Assembly (NCBI RefSeq): GCF_001949145.1
Contig: NW_019091356.1
Coordinates: forward strand, 2,488,932 to 2,552,931
Direction of reading: 5' to 3'
Length of the DNA stretch: 64,000 bases
Origin: Acanthaster planci
Taxonomy: Eukaryota
Part shown: in pieces, positions 14,170 through 27,436 of the stretch
Position numbering within the stretch: position 1 is the first letter of the stretch
How the letters are laid out: each line of letters opens with the position of its first letter
Notes under the pieces: model-generated
The model's database searches: none
Seen by the model: the letters and a program-made list of their open reading frames with translations, nothing else
What the model was told of the DNA's origin: nothing
Program-made: the position numbers and the translations under genes

Positions 14170-16439
14170 TTTTTTTAAATCAACCCTTTTCATTCCTGTG
14201 ATTTCAAGGTTCCAGTGACCTTTAGTTTGTCCTTATTTTGTTATTTCAGTGCTTGAATCCCCCATCTCAAACTGACAAGATAACATTGTCAACCATGTCG
14301 AGAGTGCCTGTCAAGAAACAGGAATTCTTGCAGTCTGTCTCTGATTACACAGTTCCATGCCAAAAGAGGGCGCTATTACATCGGCCCATATGCAGTGCAT
14401 TTGTGTAGTCAATTTCTTTGGATGCCTGCATCATTCACATGCATAAAAAAAGCACACTTTGCTATTCATATCATAAAACATTTTTGGTAGTATGAAGCTA
14501 ATATGAACCTCATGTACTGCACTTGTGTCGCTGACTGATGTCTCACCTTCGTTATTGATGTTGTTTGACAGAATCATTACTAGCGAAAAAGTCTCAAACC
14601 TAGTTGATGCATTAATCATCCGAAGTCATTCGTTTAGGTTTGAAGACTTTGTCCTCACATTAAAAAGAAAATTCCACAAAATTCCTTCCTATGCATAGTT
14701 ACTGAAAATATGCATGCAGTATGCCACAACTCAACAACTGATATTTTAAACTTTTGTTCCTCAAAATGAATAACAACATTTTTCTTCTTTTTTTTCTGGG
14801 GGGGGGGTGGTCTTGTTTATATTATCAGTTTTACACTTTGTTATTTTAATACTTTTTTTGTGTCGGTTTCACTTTCTTGTAGTTCAGTTGAGGCTTGTAG
14901 GAAGACGCTGAAACTAAGTTTACGTGTAATTAAAAATCAGAGTGGCAATACCAGACTTACCTGAAGGGCTCTTCAGCCTCGACAGAATTTTGAATAGTAC
15001 GATATATCTTGAGAACTTCCTGCAACTAGTATATTAAACACATTTTGAATACACTTAACATGCTCAGGCCAAAGGCCACTAGCAACATTGTTTACGTTCT
15101 TCCAGTTTTTATCTGACCCAAAGAAAAAAGGCCACTTCAGGGGCTAACCTTTGATCGGTATAAATCCCACTCACAAAAGAGCATGCAGTAATAGCCGAAA
15201 CATTCAGTCAATATAGTCATCAGGGGTTTCCAATGTGTCTTTGTTTGTCCATCGAATAGTTCGCCCGAGATTGAGTTTCACATGGCTCTGCTATCACAGC
15301 ATTCCGAGAGCTAAGGAGCCAGCATGCTGTCTGCCGTGGCCAATTTGGAGGTTAAAAATTAAATTGAATCAGAGCCGTGTCATTGGTTCATTCTTGATGG
15401 GCTGGTTAATAGAGTCGTTACCTTGTTGATCAAACACTGGCTATTATTGGGGGAGTTTGCCTTTTGGTTCAAGTCAACAGCATTGGTACTGTGTGGAGCC
15501 TCTAGCACCGAGTGTACAGTAGACATCGTGTTTTTTTTATCTTGGTTCATGTGCGGCATCTGGTTCGGCCTTGTTCCCAGTGGTTTCCATTGTTGGCTGG
15601 ATCAATCAAGGAGGTACCAATGTTTACATGTTTTCTGTCAGAGCACTGTGAAATCTCATCGGAAGGGGGATTGCTGACCGTGGGGAGAATGGGGTAGTAG
15701 TGGTGAAGAGAGCCCTTCCATTCACGCCTGTACCTGAGCAGGGGCATTGTTGCTCCAGCTTGTTATTGTTTGGCCTGCCAGAGAGGTGAAAAAAGGAGCG
15801 AGACCTATTGTTTGGTGCAGCGGATTGTCCTCCCCGGTTTTTTAAATGATGGATCTCAACATGAAAGGGAACTTACATGTAGCACACACTCTCACAAAAA
15901 CCCACATGTGAGCTGCAGAGTTGGACGTGAAGTGGTCACTAATTGGTGGACTGAGCTGGTCAACCCGTGGACGGCCATCGGACAACTGAGTTGATCGCAG
16001 TGCTGTCCAGTTGACAGTGTTATTGGAACAGTGCCATATTCAGGTTGTGTACATTTTGAAGTCATCTCTGCTTGTTTGGTGATCACAGGGTGTTACATTT
16101 GCTGAGCATTTGTGAAAAATGTGACAGCTGATCTTCCTAGACAGCAGTGTGTATTGGTTGTCTAGCGCCATTCTGCTCCTCTGTTAGGGGCTCTTTCTTT
16201 TAGACCGTGGAAGCAGTTTTCAATCTACAAAACCAACATCTGCTTCCAGAGTCATATCAGGATGTTTATGATGCGAAGTTTTGGAATGAAATAATTTGAC
16301 CCTGAGGAAAACTTGCATCATGGTAACCACTCTGGAAATATCTGTGATGTCGTGCAAAAGATACCGGAGCATGTGGCATCACCCATTGGATTTCTCTAGC
16401 GAGAAATGGGAAATTTCTGAGGGTATTTTGTACGTGTAG

Positions 16440-16547
16440 ATGGTGACAAGATATCAGAAAAGCTCACCAATGTCCAAACCCGTTGATTTCAGTGATGGAT
16501 CCTCGTCAGTATCAGATGATTCGCTGTACGAACCACCAGAAAACAAG
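16440..16547 (+). CDS. MCC: Candidate alternative first coding exon of MCC: MVTRYQKSSPMSKPVDFSDGSSSVSDDSLYEPPENK
   Basis: 36 open codons from ATG to a phase-0 donor AAG|gtaaca, compatible with the 34809 acceptor; protein-like S/D-rich composition. No homology support. Confidence 0.5.
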
Positions 16548-19500
16548 GTAACATCCCACTAATAACAGTATCTTTTATTTTTCTAATATTGCTGCTTTGT
16601 ACGTGTGTCTTGTTGAACAATTTACTGTTAACTTGTAAATCTTGTAAAGAAAAGGCGGTATTTTCTAAGTGTTTTAGGGACTTCTATAAACCTATGTGTA
16701 ATTCGATATTCCAGATTTTGTGGTCTTTTTTTTATAATGGTGAAGCAATATTTGATCAACATCAAAATAATTTTTGTTTTAGGGATGTTGGAACATACTT
16801 GAAGAAGCACTTGTAGTCTTGGTTTGTACCGAACAATTTAGGTCAAATGAAATAAAATTTAACCTCACACCGTACCAAATGACCGTTTATAATGCTCTAA
16901 AGAGATGAACCTTGATAGAGAGTGAAATCTCATGCTGTCTCTGTTTCCGTGGATGGAATGCCATTGTGTGGCCAAAACTCGACCACCTTTTGTGTACAGT
17001 CCTTGCCAGAAACCAATAGAAACAGTTGTTGTTTTGTTTTTTTCAAAGGAAAGAACGTTGTTCACCCCAAGGGTCTGAAATTAACTTTTGAATAAGGATT
17101 GCAGGATTGCCGATTGTATGACCTGGGATCCTTTGAGTTGTACATGAGATTGCGAAGTGTGCCACCGGGCAGATTTGGGCAAAAATGGCAGTTTCCTCTC
17201 TGGGGAGCAGTGAACCAGAAAACTTTATTTTAGAACAGTTTTAACCTCAGAATGATTTAGTCTTGGTGTAGCACTCTTTATTGTTCGTAGTTTTTGCGAT
17301 ATTGTAACCCTAAAGTTGAAACTCTGCAACTTTTCCCATCAAGATACATGTGAAATGTAAACTGAACATCTGCCATTCTTTCCAGGGCTAGTTTAGAAAA
17401 GAAAATTTAAAAAGAACAACAAACAACAACTACAATAAAACAAAACAGGGAACACAAAGCAGCGCTCCCAACTGTGCCAACATACACGTTCCATTCAACT
17501 CGAACATACGTGACTCCAATATAGCCAGTGATAACAATGCCCACTCAGCTTGAACAGCGCCCTCTCTTAGCATGAAGCAAGATGGAAACATTACATCCAC
17601 TGAACCATGCTTGATGGTTAGGAATATGCTTTGATTTGATTGGCACCGGGTAAGCGGTCAGTGGTCATTACAAACCGCCATTCATCAGCCAGACACAAGT
17701 TTACAGAAGTTAGTTAGATATGATGTTAGTGCTTGTTGTTAAGAGCTGATATCATTCTTTGCTGGGGACCCTCAGGGATAAACATCAGGATTTTAATATT
17801 CTCAGCATCGGTTGAATTAAATTTCTTCTTTTCTTTCTCATGTTTTTTTTTGGGGGGGGTCACTTTTCTCTTAATCTGTTATTTCTGTCATTCGGGGAGT
17901 GACTCTTTGAAATGATGAATTTTCAAACTGAATCTATCATCCTGAAGTCAAAGTGCGTAGTACCAGTAATAAGGTAATTTTGTTTTTTTAAGAACTGCAA
18001 CATCAGTAGGCAGTGTCGGAAGCTGCTAAAGCCTGGTGTGGTCCAGTGACTTCTCATGCTGTTATTCTTCCTCGCGCTCACACAGAAGGGCCTCCTCCAA
18101 ACAGGATTTGCACAAAAGACCCAACAATGACTTTACTCCTAGAGATAGAAACAGTGGTCATTTTAGGAGCATTGTTTATGACCACTCTCGGTGTTTTATG
18201 GCCAAGCACTTCCTGGGGCAATTATCCAGATCTGTAAATGAGTGCCCACAAATGCATAGGAGAGAACAGTTCTTGGACCCAGTCGAGAATAAACCATGCT
18301 TTTTTTTTTCTTTTTTTTTAAATAAACAACCTGAAATGAAATTTTCCCTATGGGCTGTTGGCCATTTTGAGAGGAGAAAGAGAGGGAGCCAGATAAACAG
18401 TGCTGGGGCCTGTGGCCCTGGGGTAGCCAGTCTCTGGGACCTTGCAACAATAAAATGTGTTGCATGCCTTTGCCTGCATGCTGTGCACTGAAGGTTCTGC
18501 TAGCCAATTACATGACTGAGGTAAATGACAGGGCTCATTACCTATGCTGTGCTGTGGTGGAGAGGCGCAGGAGTGGAGATCTGACCACTGACGTTAAAAC
18601 CCGGGGATGGCATGAGCATGTCTAGGGACAGTGCCAAGTGCTGCCTTCATTTGCTCAGCCACTTTAAGCTGTCAGTGACTGCTTTCGGTATTCATTCAGC
18701 ATGGGGAGAATGAACTGACTTTTATGGCCAGTGAGCTGGGGAATCCATGGCCACATAGGAAGTTACTTGGGATAAGTGTCCTTGTGTAAACCTGGAAAAC
18801 AATTACTGCTCACATCTCACAACTGCATTGTTTCTCTGCCTGGGTCTCGGGTTTCAGCAGTCTTGGAGGGTTTTTTTGTCTAATGCAAAGTTTTAATGGT
18901 GAAAGAGGCCAGACCTGTAGGCCCTTTGCCTCAGTTCACAGGGAGTAACCTTGATCGAACACAGCAGGGACAGACTGCTCCAAACACCCTGCCTGCTGTG
19001 CGGAGTGTGAGTGAGGTGAAGTGGGCTGCGTTGTGAGCTGAAATTAAACAGGAGGCACAGCCCATTAAAAGGGCCGGCTTGGCAGACTTGATCACATGGC
19101 ACCAGTCTGGTCACATGCTGGAATCGTTTGAATCACACTATAGGATTCTGTTCATTGTTATTGCCTTGCTGGACAGCGTTAGGACAGCGTTACATGCGTC
19201 CAGTCTGTCTTCCTGTGATCAATGCAGTATGGTGTAGCAGGCTCATCTTGTGGTTTCCCTGATGACTGATTCGAGTGGAGTGATTTGCCTGGCTGTATGT
19301 GAGTCCACCGTGTGCCTATGGATTGCTGTGCACACATAGTGTGTACATGGTAAAGTCATGCCCTGTTGATGCAATGAGCTACTGTCAACAATAGATGTAC
19401 GGCCAAGGATGTACATGTATATCTGAAGTCCATACACTAGCGTTGCAGTAAGGATTTTCATATGTGTCTGTACATTCAGGGAGTTTAAAATGGGCACGGT

Positions 19501-19802
19501 GCTGGTATTTACATGTGGGCTTACAAAGGATGCTTCTTGTTGAGGTGATGAATGCCCTCACGTACACGCACATACTTTGTTCAGTCGTATTGAGTCTTCA
19601 TTCATTATTCAATTCACTCCAATTTCCAAAGTGGCCTGGTGCTGAGTATACTCGACTAACTGTACCGTCAGATTGTGTATTGTGTGGATGGTTAACGGAC
19701 GGTTTGGAATGGAACAAGGATCGCGCTGCTGGTTGATTTGCAGCGTTCGTTGTATTCGTGGAGTTAATGCTTTATCTGGAATAATATGCCACATCCGTTT
19801 CC

Positions 19803-19856
19803 ATGGAGAGTAAAGCAATTCACAGACAGGTACAGCCTGTGCCACCCCAAAACGAG
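19803..19856 (+). CDS. MCC: Candidate alternative first coding exon of MCC: MESKAIHRQVQPVPPQNE
   Basis: ccATGG start, 18 codons, consensus donor GAG|gtaagt in phase 0. Confidence 0.45.
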
Positions 19857-20326
19857 GTAAGTTATGGAATTCAATCAACATGAAAGTTTGACTCATTTGC
19901 TGTGCATAGAGTGATGGCCACTGATGTTACCAATAGCTGAAGAATTGTCCATCCATTTTACTGTCGAATATGACCATTATCGAACTACTCACATCCAATA
20001 TCCACTATCCACATAATAGTCTTGTACCTGTACATGTATATATGTATCTGTATGTAGCTTATGGACTGCTTTGGGGTAATCATATTATCCAGTGTCTGGC
20101 TCTCCTGGTGTAGTTATGATTACATGTAAACATGCTTATTGTCAGTTGTACAATCTATAGACAGTTAAATATTTAAAGCTATTTCCGGGTATTTTATTTA
20201 ATAAAATGCTGTACAATAGGTCTACACATGTACATGTACGTGCATGTGTACTCCTAGTGTACATGTACGTGTAGGTCATCATGGTGATTTGATATTTGGA
20301 CAAAGTGGGTCGCGCCGGTACACAGT

Positions 20327-20478
20327 CTCCCGAACCGTAGTTATGGGGACATCCACTCGACATTTCACCTATTTTGTGGGGACTGAAAACATTGTGGGGA
20401 CTCAGAAATGTCCGTACAACTCGGTTCAAATTTCCCTGACAGAAGAACTTGTCCCCTAAACGCGGTGAATGCCTACCC
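20327..20478 (+). repeat. Dispersed repeat of about 150 bp, copy 1
   Basis: Reverse complement of 27284-27436 (actcgacatttcacctattttgtggggac, tgtggggactcagaaatgtcc, aacgcggtgaatgcctaccc). Confidence 0.85.
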
Positions 20479-22687
20479 AACTGTGTGTTGGATACCTTCA
20501 AGTACTCAACAATCAAAAGCTGAATCAGAGATCTGTTGTAGATGTATACAGTGTAAGTTTTTTCAAAAGGAATTTAGGTTTAGAGAATGGTGTACGGCAA
20601 TTTACAGCATCTGTGATGCAAACTTAAAAACCAGCCAGCATTTTCCTCCACCGTCATCGATGCTGTCAGCAAAATACCCGTCATCCAGTCACACATCCTC
20701 TCGCCACCGTTGTCACCATACTCTCCCGTAACAGTAAATTTCAATTATGTTTCAATCGCAAAGAGGTAACATTTTGTGAGAAAAGCTGCCACAAGTGATC
20801 TACTGGTACATGTCCATCCCCCCTTCCCCCCGTAGATGATGACACCGCAGCTCACACTGTGTACCAGTTCGCATACCTATGCAATGTCTGTGGGATGGGT
20901 TGTAGCTGCGGGTAGGCCTTGCTTGATTAATCACTCAGTTATTACATATGTGCTATGTGCTGTCTGGTCTGCTCGTCCATATAAGGCTGTCAGGATGCAC
21001 ATTGCATATCCTCCTTCCTCGCCCCCCCCACCTGTGACACTGATTTATTACTTGATGGCTCCCTTGGTAATTGAAGAAAAACAATAAAGATTTATCATGA
21101 ATTCCATTTGAGTACCATAATGAACATCTGTCATTTGGATTAATTAAGGTAGCAGTAATAGTTATTAGTAGGTAAGAACATGGGATGGTTAGGCACCGAA
21201 GATAAATTTGTAGAGCTTTTGCCATGATATTGACAAATCTTACGGCAATCAAGTTTTTTTAATAGTTTGTTTGACCGTTTGAATTGATCGAGTAAACATC
21301 TACTCATTGAGAAGAAGTTCAGTAAAAAAAAAATGATCTGTTTCGGTTCCCACTACCAGCCAGTGGTGTGACAAGATGACAAAAATTGGATTTGTAAATG
21401 TTGGACTGCTGGTACATACATGTACACACACGTACCAGATCTGTGAAAGGAATATGGGCATTGTCAATAATCTACGTCTGTTTTTAAATGACTTAAAGTT
21501 GAATCATTAGACTCCTTTGAATGTGACTGTTTCTTTCTGTGTATGCACTAGAAATAGATATATTTGAAACTATTATACACGCCCCCAGTCCCTAGTTTGA
21601 AGGGGTATAGTCACTTTGGTGCACCAATGTTTTGTTCATGTAGAAAGCTAACCTTGTACTGACAAGGTTACTCTGCTACTAAACTTTTTGTTTATTTTTT
21701 TTTATGTGTCTCGTTCTATTGAAATCTACAGCTCTCTGACCCACTCGTTTCAATCCACAAGTTTTTGACAAATAGTTCTGCCGAATCTGACTTGCAAGAA
21801 TCTTTTGTCACAGAGTCATGCCTCACTGAAAACCATTTACCCATACAGTGCCAGTATCCGGAGCTTTGACGAAAACAAGGGAAAAAATGCTTGGGCAACA
21901 CCACATCCCAGACCAAAATAGCTGTCTTGTTTTTAACCTGACATTCTAGAAGCTTGATTGGTTGGGTTTCGAAGCTGAAAGGTCGGCATTGATAAGACCG
22001 GAGCAGTATGTTTGGTGGGAGTTTGCTTCAAGACTTGCCAGCAAATCCGTATTCATTTTGTCAATTTCATAAAGAGCAAAACATCCTGAACACATCATGG
22101 TGTACCTGAAGGATAGTACGGCAGATCAATTGCAAACACATGATTTGTAGGCTTTCCTACCAGACGCCACAAGCAATCCGGTGCCCTCAAAAATATCCTC
22201 GGTTAAAATATGAACAAGTTCACCTGATGCTAAGCAAGACTCACCTAAATCTCTTTGCAAAGGTTGAACGTGTTAGTGTGTCATTTTTTACTCATGAATT
22301 CTCCCCCCCCCACAAAGATGCCAATCTATTGCCAACAGTGCTTTCCTTCCTACTTTGTGGTCCTGATCAGAGACTTTGTATTGCTTTAAGAATGGAGTCA
22401 GTGGCGTCCATGCTCGATCACAGGCTCCAGAGGCCCAATTACCACCTCGGGTAGGAGGGCGGCCAAGCTCAACACCTCTTTCCTCACAGCGACAACCGAA
22501 CCCTGTCAGACAAAGCCTACTACTGTTTCTCTGGGGCAAGATTACCCGAATCGCTCAACCTCTTTTGACTCCTGACTCCCGCTGAAAAGAGTACCCCTCT
22601 GCCCTCCTGGCCCCTCTCCCCGTGATACTGAATTTGTCCAATTGTGTCTGGTTGGACTGTGGGGGATAATACGATACTACTTCACGA

Positions 22688-22905
22688 CAAAGACAAAACC
22701 ATGTTTCACACATTCACAGAATTGTATATGGGCCCAGATTTTCAATTGTTTCCTTTGTTCAGTCGTCAAACTTTCCTCTGTGTTTGTATGGAGCGCAAAG
22801 ACAAAACCATGTTTCACACATTCACAGAATTGTATATGGGCCCAGATTTTCAATTGTTTCCTTTGTTCAGTCGTCAAACTTTCCTCTGTGTTTGCATGGA
22901 GCGCA
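22688..22905. repeat. Tandem duplication, 2 x 108 bp
   Basis: Copies start at 22688 and 22796; one substitution seen (gtatgg / gcatgg). Confidence 0.95.
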
Positions 22906-23663
22906 GTTTTCTTTTCCTCTCTTTTTCTTCCTGAAATCCATAATTTGTTATCTGTCATGAGGTTGCGCAGTCGTGCCAAGGAGGAACATAACCATGATTT
23001 GAGGAAAACGTTTTTGATCAGAAGAACTGGGACCGTTTGGAGGATGTGCAAACGTCTCCACATTTGTTGTCCACACAGTAATGATTTTACGAATATGTTG
23101 AGCTTGGGCCCTATTACCACAGAAGACTCTTGTATATTTGTGTTCGTTGTTTTTTTTTTTTTCTTTTCTTTTCTTTTTTTTTCTGCAAATTCTTGTTAAA
23201 ATTTATGCTAACATCCGTAGCCTATTAATATTTTGTTACTTTATTTGCCATTTGTGTGTATTTCCACTTAAAATCAGCAACCTCTTCCATGGCCACTATT
23301 AATTATGTGCCGTGTTTACAACTTCACTGTGGCAATCAAGGGTCTGCAATTTTGCTCCAGTTGGGCCACAGTTCATCATTGAGCAGTCTTCCACGACGTA
23401 TTTACTGCTTTGTTGCAGAAACATAAGATTGGACAGGTCATCAGGGTTGAGAGACACTGCACCGAATCGTATCACTCAGGCCAAAATGCCACATTGGGGA
23501 ATGTTCAGACATCACTGAGTGATTCGTGGGCTGCCTGTGTACATGTAGTTGGGCTTGGATGTTGCCGTTTCTCGGTTTACAGATGCTGAACACATGGTAG
23601 ATGTGGCAATGAATTATGATTTGACAAGAAGCAATGTACGTGCATCATTTCTGTGATTTTTAA

Positions 23664-23826
23664 GGTGGAAAGCTTGCGGTAGCACCATGCAAGGATACAG
23701 TCTCTTTTGGAGACTGACGATGAGCACACTGTCTGAAACGTTGAGTTCCTCACGGTTCTTTTCAGAACCATACAGACTCACAAAAGAGATTGTATCCTTG
23801 CATGGTGCCACCGCAAGCTTTCCACC
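23664..23826. mobile_element. Palindromic MITE with arms of about 54 bp
   Basis: GGTGGAAAGCTTGCGGTAGCACCATGCAAGGATACAGTCTCTTTTG matches the reverse complement of the right end; flanks TAA/TCA. Confidence 0.85.
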
Positions 23827-26069
23827 TCAGTTGTCTGTCACCATGAATAGCTTGAAATCCCTTCTGTGATTTTTGTTTTGAATTTGTTTTCCAGTAATTG
23901 TTGTACACATACAGAGCTGTAAAGATTATTTCAGGTGTTGAAATTTAAATGAAACTCATTTGCAAGTTTACTCCAGGCTGTGAAGATTATGTAATAAAAA
24001 ACATTCTCAAGAATTCAAAGCAATCAAGCCAATGTTTGTTAAGATATCTGAGCATTTCTGAAACTTACTGAAAATGTAACTAGGCCCTACTCTCAAAAAT
24101 TTTCTTTGCTTGATTGTGTTTTTATCTTAAACCAGACCTGATCTGGCCTCTGATACAGAGATACACTGTACATGTAGATATGTTTTCGGACTTCATCAGA
24201 AACTGTGTATTAGTAGTGGGTGGACCAACTGACGAACATGACAAGAGAAGTGCATTTCATCTCTCCACTGCACTAATTAAACTTTAGAAAAAAAATTTGA
24301 CACGCATCTAGATTAATGATTTATCAGGCTATTGCATTGTTGTACAATCGTTGGCACCTCCCGCTGTGGGAGGGCTGTGCTAATTAAGAGCATGGAGTGG
24401 TCATTGAGGTGTTTCGGCTATTGATTCTACCCCCTGCCGATCAATAATTTGATCGCGATGACGTGTTGTCTTTTGCAGAGGTATTTTGTCTTGCTTTACT
24501 GTGTTCGTTAGGGCGTTTTGGACCGGGATAAGGTCATGTCAACATTTATTGCTGTATTAAATTGTAACAACAAATGTTGTAAGTTAATCACACTTGTACT
24601 TACATAGGGACAAACATAAGGTGCTCTTGAAATTCTTAATTAGGAGGTTGTTTTGAACAGGCTTTGAGAGTCTCCAAGCAAATTGGGCAGAGGAGAAACG
24701 GGAGAGAACATGTTCTTTCAGCTCGGCACCAATAAAAAATGTTGTTGACCTCGTCTGAGTTAAAATACCACAGAAACCTTTGTTTATGAGAGCAGCCTTG
24801 TGTTCTGTCAACCTCCACTGCGCTGCTTGACATTGGCTAATATGGCTCCGTCAATTTTTATGCTTTGTCAAAAGCGGCCTCCTCAGCACCATAAAATCCA
24901 AGGTTTCTGTCTTTAAACCCTGTACAAGAACAACTGAAGCAGGTCCCCCATGAGAGCCAAAAAGGAGTCCATGTTTTGTGTCGAAAAGAGAGAAGATCTG
25001 GTGTAGAATAGCCCAGATTTAAAGCGCTGGATTTTGTTGCAGTTCTTTCTAGAGTGTGACTGTTTCCCCAAATCTACTGATTTTCGTCACATTTCATATA
25101 TGTCCATTTTTGGGAGGAGGGGAGGGGAGATTTTCATTTTTATGTCCATGTTTAGCAAGTTTGAGGTAAATGCCTTCCAACTGAGTTCTGCTTTGGGGAA
25201 TTCTAATGTATCCATTTGTTGGTGGATGCTATACTGGGATTTAAGGGTGTAAATCATTGAACAGGTGGAAAGGTGTGAGAAGTTGGAGTTTGAACAAGAC
25301 AGGAAAACCCTTTCAAGAAGACAGTTTCTTTATAAATGAAACTAGTTTGACTTAACGACCTACTGCAGTGTGAAAACCTCCCTAGAGAAATAATGTTGGC
25401 CAATAATTTATGGTAAGGCAGCTCCTTTTATCTCAAGCACATGCATGTAAATCACTCAGTGCGATTTATGGCAACATTTAAAGCAGGCCGTTTAATGCAG
25501 AACAGTTAAGAAACATATACACAATAGCTGTTTTCCTTCTTCCGTGGTTCTATTCAGCTCTTCACGTTTCAGAAGTGCGCAGGTGATTTATGCTACATTT
25601 TCCCCTGCTGTACCAAAGGCTTCTCTTTTTTTCTCTTTTTTTTTTTTCTTTTTTTCACACATTACAGCTGGGGACCCCCTGTCCTCCTGGCCACAAGCAT
25701 CTGTCACATTCCCTGCTCGGCTCCCTTCCCCCCAGGCCAAACATCTGGGTACCATGGGCTAGTTATGTCTGGGGGAAATTATGCAGAGCAAACTGTTGTG
25801 GTTCATTGCATCTCAGCAGGGAGAAGGGATATTTTGATGAGAATTGTAATGTTTCCCTATTGGTCCTGCACCACATGTGTAACATTCCATGAACAAGGAG
25901 GAATTTTTTTTTATGCACTTCAGCAATTCAGTCACCAGCATAGAGCAGCATGCAGAATTCATCCTGAAAGGACTCCCCGGTTGTTTTTCTGTCACTAACA
26001 CATCAGCCATTTCTGATTTCTGCCAAAGTTGCTCGAAATTTTAAAAATCTGTTACACTGCAGGAGAAGA

Positions 26070-26120
26070 TAAGTTGCTGTTTCAGAAAGAAGATACATGT
26101 AAGTTGCTGTTTCAGAAAGA
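26070..26120. repeat. Short direct duplication (TAAGTTGCTGTTTCAGAAAGA x2, period 30)
   Basis: Seen directly in the sequence. Confidence 0.85.
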
Positions 26121-27283
26121 AATTCGGGACATTTATCCGGTGAATTTCTGTCTTCTCGGTACACAGTTTGCTTAAATTTCATGTGTGCTTTTGAGGAATC
26201 CATGGTTTCATTGCCAAAAGTAAACGATTACAAATAAAAGCGGCAGAAGAATTTTTGAGATTGCTTGAAAGGAGCTATACTTGGTGTTGTAAATCCAAAC
26301 AAATAAAAGTCCTTAGATTTGACAATGACATTCATGATGAGGTCATAAGTTCACATGTAGTCTGGCATTAATCTCCGTGATGTATCCATAAACGAGTTTT
26401 GCTGGATTGGTATGTCATGCCAGATATTCCCTATTAATCAGGATCGAAATTTTAAGATAAACAATGTACATGTACATGCAGAATTCACCAGAACACCTAG
26501 TGAAGATTTGAGCAAAGTACATGTACATGTGTAGGTGTTGCCCAGAAAAATACCTTGCCCTGTGTGGGTTTAATAAGCTTTGCTTGTGTCAACAAACTAA
26601 ACATGGACTTAAGGATTGTTGGTGGATAAATCCCCCCAGTTGGCCTGTATTGGAGTGTAAATTTATGCTCAGAAAGGTGTGTTGACATACAACACTGCAC
26701 TATTGATAGCCGGAGACCTGCTGGTCTGGAGGGTGCCCTTTCTCAGTACTTGCTCTAAAAATGAGAATAGGAAGGCTCCTGTAAATAAGCTGTGTGTGAG
26801 TGGTTTCGAGAGTTTACACAAACATGCTTGGGAATCCTCAATGATTCTCTTTATTCCCACAGTTGTCTTCTCAGTGCCTGCAGTCACGTTCCATCTGGTC
26901 ACCTATCCTACTTCATTATTCGCAGTTGTACGCTTGACCAGTTTTTGTCTGGCTGGTCAGAGATCAAAGTGGGAGCAAGGGAGGGGGATTGTGCAGCAAA
27001 ACGTCAAAAGACAGAATTGTGAAAGATATTCAGTTCAGGGAATCAGGAGAGGATCCGGGGCCTTGGATGACTTGAATTGACTTCTCAGCTGAATGGAGGA
27101 GGGTTTTTTTTTTTAAATTTTTAAAAAGCCAGCTGCTGGAATGCAGATTGAAACCAAGGTGTCTCAATTTTCGGTTTGCATTTGTTGGCTGTGTCCTTAA
27201 GAGAGTTCAGCCAAAGGACACATGATATGTGCATTTTACGAATTTTACGTACGAATGAGATTTGCTAGTGTACATGAATGTAC

Positions 27284-27436
27284 GGGTAGGCATTCACCGC
27301 GTTCAGGGGATAAGTTCTTTTGGTAGGGATATTTGAACGGAGCTGTTGGGACATTTCTGAGTCCCCACAACCATTTTTGGTCCCCACAAAATAGGTGAAA
27401 TGTCGAGTGTATGTCCCCACAACTACGGTGCGGGAG
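27284..27436 (-). repeat. Dispersed repeat of about 150 bp, copy 2 (inverted)
   Basis: Reverse complement of 20327-20478. Confidence 0.85.

Noticed and set aside
22642..23199. Longest ORF in the track (185 aa) with an internal 36-aa repeat
   Set aside because: Artefact of the 108-bp tandem duplication; non-ATG start, no protein-like composition, no recognisable homology.
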